From NCBI GenBank assembly GCA_964187785.1, contig OZ076409.1, positions 69,070,001-69,134,000 of the forward strand: 64,000 nt of DNA. The letters run 5' to 3'. The notes beneath the pieces were generated by a model. That model made no database searches and was not told the origin of the DNA. It saw only the letters and a list, made by a program, of their open reading frames with translations. Source of the stretch: Amphiscolops sp. MND2022 (lineage: Eukaryota). Numbering within the stretch: position 1 is the stretch's first letter; each line of letters starts with the position of its first letter. The position numbers and the translations under genes were made by a program. Shown here piece by piece: positions 46,662 to 58,200 of this stretch.

Positions 46662-49600
46662 TTGTAACGGCAAGCTGTTATCGGTCGCTTAACACGTTAA
46701 CAGAGGTGGAGGAACCTGCAGGAATGGGTGATTCGCTCGTGACAGGCGCCCATCGCCACAGATCCATTTTGCCTCCAGGGGTGAAATACGTCCCGGGGCC
46801 GCGGGTGCTTCGACGAATACTGTCCAACCGGTCCTAGTCTTTGATTGCTAATAGTAACGGGCATCTTTCTGGCTCTCTAAAGACCACCGCTTAACTAGCA
46901 TATAAAAACAATGCCAAGAATAAGGTAAATTTCCAATTCCGGGGTGACATGTGAATAAGATCTAAAAGGGGACTAAGATCTAAACTAGCGCTAGCGCTAC
47001 TGAATACAGTCAAAATCACTGAAAATACATGAAATTAGGCACAAATATGGCAAACCACACACTTAAAAAGCTGGGGCGCAGGGGCTCCAAGCACCAAACA
47101 AGGATCTTTAGGCGAAAAGGCTCATTTTTACGGTTTCCGCTACATAGGGTAGCATAATGCTGAAAATCGATAAAACCGGTGTTAGTACCTCAAAAAGAGT
47201 CTATTTTCGGATATTCTTGCCGTGTCTGGCTTCTGTCATGGCGGCGCGCCCGTGTTTTTGCTCGTTCTTGCTCTTTGTTGTCGAAGTTTCTGCCAATTTC
47301 AATTGCCTGCAACATGTCAAAATTGCAAAATCGGTTGATATTGCTGTACCAGAGCTTGCCGTTACATCACTCCCCGGGCTTTATGCATGACGTCCCTGTC
47401 ATGCGGAGAGGCTGGCATTGAATACATCGCCACATCATGAGTGCAATCAAAGGGGATCTCAAACTGGTGATGTTGCAAGGGTCCAGTGGCACTGTCATCT
47501 TTTGCTGATAGGACAACTGCTTGGGTCTTGCGTCTTGCCATCCAGAGAACCTGCATCGTCCATAAACGGTTGAAACAGTCTAGCTCGAGAGCTAGAAAAC
47601 CAGTACTCAAAAATGCACCTTGAAATTGATCAAATCCAAGATTCCATACATCAATCAAAAAAGCACCACTTTTTTAGCACGAGTTTTCTGCAAAAATCTG
47701 AATAGGATACTGCTAGCACTTTGGTTTTTGGACTTCTAAAATTTCTTTTACGGAGCGCTCACGCTCCAAAGCGCACGTGGTTTTCAGCAAAAACATCTTT
47801 TTCACGGCAATAAAACTTCAGTTTGCAGCACAGTTAAAAGTTTTTTTTGCTAAAACTTCTTTTCAGTAGAAAAACCACTGTTTAAAAGGAAGACAAGCTG
47901 TTTCTTTGATACTTTTTTTTACAGTTCGGCTTGGTTTGGGCAACACGCACTGATGTGCAGCTCCATACCTGTATAGTAGCATCTGTCAAGGAGCGCACCA
48001 GAAGCAAACTACGAACTGCTCGTAAAAGTAAGCACTGGAGTAAAGCAGACAAAGGTAGATCAAATCTTGCCATTTGCAGATCAGGAGCGCGCGCGCTCCT
48101 TATTTTTCCGGATATCACGTTGGAATCTGGAGGAAACTTCTGGAAATCTTGAAAAAACAAAAATAGCACCTTTCGGGCGTAGCAATACATGTAGAGTTTT
48201 TGGGTTATTTATTGCACTGGGGCTCCCCGGGCTTTAATCGTTGAGCACTTTCACTAAAATAAAGATAGCAATGACTAACAAAAAATGCGAGAGAATGGAT
48301 TGGGCGTTGAAGACACCCCTTCCCCCCGCGAAAAGAAGTGGAGTGTGGTTTGGACTGGGTAGACATCACCATCCAATAGCAGCAGGACATGCAACAAGCA
48401 TGAAGCATCAGGAAGTCCGATAAAGAAAATTCTGGAGACTGGGTCTATCTCAAGACTGGAATAGTTGTTCGGAGGACGGCCACGCCTATGTCCCTTCGGT
48501 CGAAGCGACCATGGTAGAACTTGGCGTGGTGGACGGCCACGGCGACGTCCATCATAAAGGGACAACAGAACTTTTTGCCATGAGTGCTCAAAGTCTGTGC
48601 GCGGTGGTCGACCACGTCTATGACCAGTTGGTCGAGTTTTAGCTAAACCACCAGGTAACCAATTGATAAAGACTGGCGGGTCCACCTGAATAAAATCCCG
48701 TAGCCCACCTTTAGCAGAATGTGGCTCAAAGGAGTCTTTCAGCAAACTCAGTAGCAACTTCGTAGTTGATATTAGGGACTTTGTTCCAGGGAAGTGAGAG
48801 TTGCTTAAAGAACCCTGCGATAAGGAAATGGAGGATGAGATAGATATTCGTTCATTCTTCGTATCACTTGAGTAGAGGTTGCGCTCGCGCAACCCTTTAT
48901 CACCGGCGTGATATTCAGGCAAAGTGTCAGCAATACCCATGGTTGTAGTGTCCAAAGATATTGGGTCCACCCCCATGTCTTTTGTTGGCGGTGTCAATGG
49001 TTCTGATTCGACGGCGTCTGAAATATTGATCCGCATTTGTGCTAGCAGTTTCTCCCTGCAAAGCGTGCTTTGTTCCAAAAAGTCTGATATCTCATCCATC
49101 CAGAGTCCCGTAGTCCAGAGTGCGTCGAAGGCACGCAACACTGCTGACTTGAACTGTTCAGGATCAAATTTCGATGTCCTAGAGGAGTCCATACTTTATG
49201 ACCCCTGCCGGCAATTTTTTCGAACCGTGGGATTTGCCTCGTTTGCACCCAGGAAGGTCTATTGGGTCCCTTCTGGTGGAAAATGGAGGCTTTTTGGGTC
49301 TGCCTCCTGTACAGCGGAAGTATTGAGGATTTACAATGATAGATTTTCCGGTGTTCTTTGGAATTTTGTTCGAAACGTGTGTCTGAGCAGAGCCAAATTC
49401 AGTTCTATGAATCGTACTGGGTAAAAAATCACACAGCACATTTTGTCAGTCACACAAGTTTGAAAAATAACCTACAGCAGCTGATAATTGCCTCCAGCTC
49501 CAAGCTAGAGCCTTTTTCAACGATTTTTGGATTTTTCAACTTTACTCAAAAATTGCTCAAGTGGCTTGTACAAGTGCTGGAAACGTGGTATCGGGCTCAA

Positions 49601-52600
49601 AGTTGGTCACGGGATCACACGTATGGCCAGCTACACTACAGTAACAACCAATGAGAATTCAGACCACTGGGCAAGATTTAGATCTGATACTGACGTTCCG
49701 TATCACCGTGTCTCGATTGACACTATTTTTCACATGCAATCAAAGACTCTCGTCCACAGTGCTGAGCTCTCGAGCTCACTTTTTTCAGCAACGGTGCACC
49801 AACTGTTACTAATAGGAATAGTCCAGGGCAATGTTATCCCAACTTTCCAATAAGGTGCGCCGACAATTCCAAAAAAAATGATCCAATTCGTTACAATACA
49901 CAGGATATCACAACTTCAAGTAACAAAATGCTATGATCCAGCAAGGCAGCCCACTCGATACTGATCAAATAGTGCACGCACAGCAATGAACGAACTACTG
50001 GGAGAACAAACTAGGGGTTTCCACAGGTTTCCAACACGTAGAGATGACTTTTTTCTCACTTTCCCAGTTTTCGTCTCGGTGAGACCTCTAACTGACACAA
50101 TGAATATGCACGTCCGAGAAGCGTCCAAATAAGTTCCAAGGGTTGCAGTGTGCTGAAACGTATACAGCACTTCAGGATTGATGTACTGACCTAGAAAATG
50201 AGTCCAGAATCGGGGTATTAGGATCCAGTCACAGGTCAGAGGTTTTCCAGGTGTTTTTTGGGTTTTTCAGCTTCACTTGAAAAAAAACTCCAGAGGCTAG
50301 CGCTAACGGTAGAAACGCAGGATCGGCTTCAAAATCAACCACACAATCCCACGTAAGTTGAGATACATGGGAATAATAGCTGATTTGTGCTGAGATTACT
50401 AGGTGAAGTTTCAACACAGTACAGACGTTCGATATCACTGTGTTCCAATATGCACTGTTCTTCACGTGTCAACTCAGATTCCGGCAAACTGCAAAGAGCT
50501 CTCAAGCTCTTTTTTTCAGCATCAAATTGATGAATTTGCAGTGGTTACGATAGTGGGCAGCAATTTGGCCCCACTCTTTGAATAAGGTGTTCAGGCAATC
50601 CCACAAGAATTCGCCTTCTTGCGCACCTTTTTGTGCAGTTTGTTTTAGTCAATTTCTCAACAGATACAGTACCAATTGACCCCAAACTTGGCAGGCGCTG
50701 CCAGTGGGCACCAACCACGCTGTTAGAATAGTAAAACAGACGCTGGTAGGCTTGCAGGGGGTCTCCTCAAGGATTTGGCTCTCTGCTCGTCTCGGTGAGG
50801 ACTTAAGAAAATTGATGTTTTTCAACGTCCAAGATTTTTCAAAACACGTTCTAAGGCTCGTAGGCTGTTCAAAGTTGCACCACGCTTTCCCACAAGCACA
50901 CTGGGCCAGAAAATCAACCTGGTTTGGGGAAAGAAGTCTCCAGTCACCCACAGGAAGAATTTCACAGAATTTTTGGATTTTCCAAAAATCGCACAACATT
51001 TCTCCAGAGGCTCGTGTGTGCACTGGAAGCGCCGTATCCAGCCCAAAATTGACCAGCAGATCTTAGGTACACGTAGGTCGTAGGTTTACGAAAGTGAACA
51101 CAGTTTTGAGCTGCGCCCCTTCTACACAGTTCCATCTAGGTTTAGACGTGCGGTACCACTATGTACCGAAATACACTGTTTTTTACGTCTTTTTCAAGGT
51201 TGCGGTCGACTGGAAGGAGCTAGCAAGCTCAAATTCTCTGCAGCAACGTAAAAACTAGCACAGGTTACGATGGTGGGCTGCAATAACGCCCCACCCGTCG
51301 GCTAAGGTGCCCGGGTTACTCGGAAAAATTAAGAAAAAACTGCCTTTTTGCGCATCTTTTTGGGTGCCACGTTTTTCCTATTTTCTCAACAAGTATCACA
51401 CAGATCAGCACCAAACTTGGTAGTCGATGCCAGTGGGCACCTATAATGCCACTGATATGGTCGAATTGAAGCGCGAGCGCTTATTTGAGGTTTCGACCCA
51501 CTATGTACGTTGTACACGAAAAAACACTGTTTTTGACGACTTTTTTCACAAATTGACCAAGAGGATCACCTCAGAAAGTGATACGGCGGGCAAAATGGGA
51601 CCAACGTGTTGCCCCACTATCCGTAGCACTGGGATAAACCCACAATTGGTTGTGCCCGTTGGGTATAAGGCACTGACAGTCCTGCAGTTTTGGATTTTTT
51701 CGGTCCTCTTACGCTTCTCTGAAGAGAGCTTTTCTCGACTTTGGTGACCGATACGCGCACAAAATTTTCGGCACTAACGTTAATTTGGGTGGTAGTTACG
51801 AAAATGCAACCAATTTTTGGCTAGGGTTCAGGAATCGATGACCCGATCCTAACTCAGAGACAGTCCGGTTTTGTGGAAAATTGATCAAATTCAATGCGTT
51901 TTTCCACTTTTCTCAGCACTGAATGGGAGTTTTTACACGCGGTTTTCACCACCACGCGTTATTTTTACTACAAAAACAGAAAATGAGAGCGCGCAGGCTC
52001 CCAGGTCACAAAAACACTGAGTGCCCCAGAGGTTTTAATGATGCACTCTGGCACTCCTGAAACTGGCCAAAAATCAAGGTTTTTCGACCTGTTCTCACCA
52101 AGAAAACGTTACAAACTCTCTTGGATCCTATTTTTGGTACTGTGGAGTGTGCTTCAAACTAATAGCAGCACGGAAGAGGCAATTACATCACAATCCAGCA
52201 CTCTCCCAGTGGCATTTCACAGTGGTTTTTTTTGCCAATTTCGCCAAAAACCGGTTCTTTTTCATGCAAAATGTGTCTCAAAAGGTCTCCAACGGCCTTT
52301 CTGGTTGTCGTTACATTATGTAGCATAACCCTCAAGGTTTTGGGCTTCTTCTTTTTCATTTTTGCAACTGCTGTGGCTAATACTTCGAGCGCTCGCGCTC
52401 GTACCAAGAAAAGTACTCAAAAATGCCAAAAATCACGTTTTTGCGACTTTTGCACTAAAAATCGCACTTTTTTCACTGAAAACAGGTGCAAAAGCACACA
52501 CTGAGTTGCAACAAGGAAAAACAAGCCTTACCAAACAATTCCCCGTCGAAAAATGTGTATTTTGAAAATTTTGGCCAACCATGAGCCATTTGAACGACAC

Positions 52601-53972
52601 TTCTGGTCACAGGGGTACATCTTCACCACGTTTTTTCTCCACATCTAGACCAGATAGAGACACGCGGTTTGGACCATTAGCATCGTCTACTCTTGCACTT
52701 GCTGTCCACCAAAAACTATGCCTCTAAGACGTCTCCACGAGAAATGGGAGTAGGAAGTAGGTAACACACGTATTGACCCCTCTGCCGCCTCGCTGGCTCG
52801 TGGCTAACCATCCACCAGCCACCTTCTTGCATGGCATAACATGGCTGAAAATAGCTCAAAAAACCTGTTAGACACCCGTAGCCACGTGCTACGGTCCTCT
52901 ACACCTGCAAAAAAGATACCCGCTGATGGGAACTTTGCAATTTTAGACGAAATCTGTCAACAAGTACCTGTTATCAAAACATACCAAAGGCACTCGGAAA
53001 AATCCCCTGAAAGACTGGAAAAACACCAAAATACAACGTCATAACATCTAAAAAATTTGGAAAAACTCTGGGTAAACGTCTCCTTCCAGAGTCCAATCGT
53101 TCTTGGCGTCCAATACCAGGGGGTCGGAAATTTCAAAACCATATAATAGGGCAGTAATCGGAAGCGATCCCTCTGTGGTCGCCAAAAAATGAGGTCTCAT
53201 GTAACGGCAAGCTGTTATCGGTCGCTTAACACGTTAACAGAGGTGGAGGAACCTGCAGGAATGGGTGATTCGCTCGGGACAGGCGCCCATCGCCACAGAT
53301 CCATTTTGCCTCCAGGGGTGAAATACGTCCCGGGGCCGCGGGTGCTTCGACGAATACTGTCCAACCGGTCCTAGTCTTTGATTGCTAATAGTAACGGGCA
53401 TCTTTCTGGCTCTCTAAAGACCACCGCTTAACTAGCATATAAAAACAATGCCAAGAATAAGGTAAATTTCCAGTTCCGGGTTGACATGTGAATAAGATCT
53501 AAAATTGGGGACTAAGATCTAAACTAGCGCTAGCGCTACTGAATACAGCCAAAATCACTGAAAATACATGAAAACAGGCACGAATATGGCAAACCACACA
53601 CATAAAAAGCTGGGGCGCAGGGGCTCCAAGCACCAAACAAGGATCTTTAGGCGAAAAGGCTCATTTTTACGGTTTCCGCTACATAGGGTAGCATAATGCT
53701 GAAAATCGATAAAACCGGTGTTAGCACCTCAAAAAGAGTCTATTTTCGGATGTTCTTGCCGTCTCTGGCTTCTGTCATGGCGGCGCGCCCGTGTTTTTGC
53801 TCGTTCTTGCTCTTTGTTGTTGAAGTACCTGCCAATTTCGTGGAAACAGCGAAAAGAGCAATCACATGCTCAGTGCCACGTCACACATCGGATTAGAATT
53901 TTTGACAAAATTTCTGAACATGTCAAAGTTGCAAAATTGGATGATATTGCTGTACCAGAGCTTGCCGTTACA
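46662..53972 (-). mobile_element. Non-autonomous or decayed LTR element D (LTRs 46662..47366 and 53200..53972)
   Basis: Highly similar direct repeats, each bounded by the 14-bp inverted repeat TGTAACGGCAAGCT/AGCTTGCCGTTACA. PBS-like TGGCGACCAC at ~53184-53175 and PPT-like GGGGAGTGA next to 47367. No recognisable intact pol. TSD unclear. Confidence 0.85.
48275..49192 (-). CDS. 305-aa ORF with three AT-hook-like RRGRPP motifs inside element D
   Basis: HRRGRPPR, RRRGRPPR and HRRGRPPN in the C-terminal third. It is the longest ORF within the element. Confidence 0.5.
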   Translation of the reverse strand: MDSSRTSKFDPEQFKSAVLRAFDALWTTGLWMDEISDFLEQSTLCREKLLAQMRINISDAVESEPLTPPTKDMGVDPISLDTTTMGIADTLPEYHAGDKGLRERNLYSSDTKNERISISSSISLSQGSLSNSHFPGTKSLISTTKLLLSLLKDSFEPHSAKGGLRDFIQVDPPVFINWLPGGLAKTRPTGHRRGRPPRTDFEHSWQKVLLSLYDGRRRGRPPRQVLPWSLRPKGHRRGRPPNNYSSLEIDPVSRIFFIGLPDASCLLHVLLLLDGDVYPVQTTLHFFSRGEGVSSTPNPFSRIFC

Positions 53973-55235
53973 AATTATCGGTGGATATTTATTGAGAAAT
54001 CTAATATCAGACAAAAAAGAGAACTTGAACAGTGTCACAGTGCCAAAAAATGTAAAAAAAGGACCCTTTGAGATTTTTTGACATTAAAGTGTGTTTTTGA
54101 CGTTTGTAGTTCAGGTTGATTAAATGAACAAAAAAGTGGACTGTTTGTGGCTAAAGAAACCACCCACTGTAAGATACGGGCACTTTTCTTTAAAAGCGCC
54201 GACCAATAAGAAGTGAGGCATATAAGAGTTAAATCACTGCAGTTGTGTCAAGTGTCGGTGAAACGATGGAAACGAGTGGATCTGAAAGCTCACCTCGATT
54301 TTCCGATATAAAGAGCTAGTTTTTGATACATTTGTTGGAAATCTTTATTTTTTATTTCCGTCAGGTACCAAATTACGGGTAAAAACTCTAAGCAGTGTTC
54401 ATCTGAAGTATTTTAACGTCCTTCAAATTTCTCCTCGAAAACACGACGTCCTTGAATCATACTATAACCAAAATTAAATTCCAAAAGCCTTACGCTGTTA
54501 TACATATTTTACAGTTTGAGAAAACTTTTGATTCATTTCACCCAGGTTTTCGATCTTTGCGAATCTGTGCAGATCTGCAGAATTTTTGCAGATCTTTGCA
54601 GATATGTTCAGATTCGAAAAAAAACTGACAGTTCTTCTCAGAAACACAATAAAAACCCTACAGCGATGTCAAACGAATAATAAAAATGTTTAAAACTTAA
54701 AAGAAGTCTCATTTGAGTCAAAATGATGGAACATTTTTCTGTAGCAATCTGTACAGATCTGTAGAGATTACAGATCTTCACAGAGCCAAACAGTGACCAA
54801 TAAATTACTATAACGTATTCCGAGTTACCAGCAATTACTAAAATTATTCCAAGAAACAATGTTCCCGAACAATTACCACAATAACGCTTTATCAACACAT
54901 CTACCAACCCAGAAGGTTGTCACAGTTCAAATTTCATCCGTCAAAACGAAGTCAATATGGCAGACGAGCCTCTCAAAGTTGAACAACCACTTCTAAAAAG
55001 TTCTAGTGAAATAGATCAATAAGTGTATGACCGATACCAATTCTTCCCCAGAAACCAATATTGCAGTGATGGGGAAAAAGTTTCATTCTCGAAAATTTAG
55101 AGTGATGTGATGAAGAGTTTCAACTGACTTACCCTCGGTCAGCTAAAATACTCAATAGAGTAGTTGAAGAATTCCAAAAACGCAGTATATTGGTTCCTTA
55201 GAAGCTACAGAAAAACATATTTCTGCAAAATCCTT

Positions 55236-58200
55236 TGTGGCATGAAATGGCTAAACGAACCATACTGCTGAAATGGACAGTGAACTACCTGCCACTTTTA
55301 TGATGTCATGTAACACTGATGCGTATATAGAAAAACTGAGATGACAGATACAATTTGGATTTGCTTAGATAAATACGCACTTGCTTTTTAATACATTGTA
55401 TTTATCCTCCTGTTTCTCCAAGTTACTTCATGGCGCAGTCAGCATCTTGAACAAAAAGAAAAACAATGGATAATAACAACACTGACCTCAATTCCACGGA
55501 GGACAGACCGATGTCTTCGGAACAGACAACACGGACAACCAACAATCAAACGATGTCAGAAAGAGCGGAAAAAAGCAAATACAAGATTCCCATTTTGTCT
55601 GATAGAGAAACCGATCTTACCAAAGCCAACCCAAAGATGTGGTGGGAACAAATTTCAGAATACATTCTTTTGACCTACAACCGAAACTTGGACGAAATTA
55701 CCGATGAAGGAGTAGAATACATGGACCCCCACACGGTATACCATATAAAAGGTGACGTTATCTGGGCTTTAGGCCCAAAAGCCAAACATGAGATCATGAG
55801 AGGACAATGGGGCCGAGAAATAAAAGATGTCAAATTGCCCGAACTATTGACACTATTCAAAAAAACATTTCTCCCGGTAAGAAACGTCTTCCACAGCAGG
55901 GCCCAATTTTTCAACATGAAGCAAGACGATAACGAAACTTTAGATGAATATTGGAAGAGGCTAGTGGACATCGAGAGAAAGTGTGAATTTGGGAACATAA
56001 CGGCAGAAGAAATCATCACGTACAAATTTGCAGCCACAATTAAAGACAAACGAGCCCGGGACAAATTCATAAAGGGCCCTCTGAAAATACAACTGGTATT
56101 GGAGACCATAGAGCTCGACAATTACAACAGAAAGTACGGTGATAAAAAATCCAAAACCAAAAAAGCCAAGAAAGATTCCACAAGTAGCTCAACAAGCACC
56201 GAACTAATCGGACATACGAACCAATCACGGAAGCGGAGGACACAACTCAACGAAAAAAAGAAATCAACGAACAAAAACTGTCGCTTTTGCGGAAAGCCAA
56301 ACTGGTCCATGGAACATATTTGTCCGGCACGGAGAGCACAATGCAATATTTGTAAAAAGATGGGACACTTTGCCAAGGTATGCAAATCCAAGACCGTAAG
56401 CCGGATAGCCGAAACGGTTTCATCGGACAGTAACACCGAATCTTGGCCGGAAGTGGACCACATTCAATCCGTGAACGGTATCAACCGAGTCGATTTCTAC
56501 AAAACCGTCCTATTGGTCCACGGCCAGCCAATAGAATTCATTATCGATACCGGCTCTCCAGTCACAATTATTCCGCCAATTATTGATTTGACCGAAGTGA
56601 AGAAAACGACAAAAACATTTGTGGATGTAAACAAGAACCCAATAAAATTCAAGGGGGAAGCCATGGTTGAAGTGAAAACAGAAAAAAGCAGAGAGATATT
56701 ACCTATCTTAATAACAGAAAATAAAAATACTCAACCATTATTGGGCTTGGACTGGCTTGATAAATTGGAAATTGGATTACAAGGCAGCAAGAAAACAAAT
56801 GTTATTCGTCATGTAACAGAAGACGAAAGAAGAAAAAGAATCCTCAACGAATACGAAGACCTATTCAAAAACAACCACACTATCAAAGACCTTACCATCG
56901 ACATTCAGTTGAAGAAAGACGCCAAGCCAATCCAGCAAAAGGGACGGCCAGTCCCTATCCATTTCCAGAAAATCGTCCGTGAAGAGTTAGAAAAACTAAT
57001 AGACAAAGGACATCTGGAAAAGGCCGACAGAACAACTGAAAATTGCTTTGTATCACCCGCAGTCATCACCATCAAAAAGGACAAATCTGTCAAAATAGCT
57101 TTGGATTCACGAAAACTGAACGACGCATGCATAAAAAGAAAAGCTGCAATGCCGAACATGGAAGAATTGATCAGCAAAATTTCCGCAAAAATTACCAAAG
57201 GAAATGGGGATATTTGGATGTCCAAAATTGATCTGGATTATGCATACGGACAAGCAAAATTGTCGAAAGAAGCCGCAAGACATTGCGTATTTTCCATCAT
57301 TGGGGGAGAATTCACCGGACACTACCGGTTCAAGAAAGGTTTCTACGGCCTATCCGACATCCCTACGGTATTCCAAGAACACATCGACTCCGTGTTGGAA
57401 TTCAAAACACCGGTCTGGCTAGACGACATCATATGCGTGACTAACGGTGATATCGAAGATCACGAAAAAGAACTGCGAGAAGTTTTGTCAAAACTGCAAG
57501 ACGCCGGCTACCGGGCAAGTGAAAAGAAAACAGAATTATTCAAAAGAGAATTAACCTGGCTTGGCTACTATATCAACCAAAACGGTGTCAAACCAATCAA
57601 GGACAAAACGGAAGCAATAACTAAATTAGAAGCCCCGAAGAACGTGAAAGAACTGAAATCATTCCTGGGATCAATACAGCATTTATCAAAGTTTATCAAC
57701 AATCTATCGAAGAAAACCGATGAAATGAGGAAACTCTTGAGAAAGGATACCAAATGGGAGTGGACACCCGAGATAGATGAAGACTTTGAAAAGCTGAAGA
57801 AAGAGATTACAGAGGCTCCATGCCTAGCACATTTCGATCCACAGAAGGAAAACTATATCACCACAGACGCATGCAACACCGGACTGGGCGCAACACTATG
57901 GCAGAAAGAAGGTGAAATTTTTAGACCCGTAGCATTCGCAAGTAGATTTTTAACTGATTGTGAAAAGAAATACGCAATTAATGAATTAGAATTACTAGGG
58001 GCTCTGTGGGGTTTAGAATACTTCAGGTATTTTGTGTACGGAAAAAGAGTAAATTTGTTAACAGATCACCAGGCGTTACAACCGCTGTTAAAAAAGAACC
58101 GAGCTCATAAACAATACAGCGCACGATTAACACGCTGGCTGGATAGGTTGAGCCATTTCGATGTTAATGTCCAATACACGGCCGGTAAAAACATTCCGCT

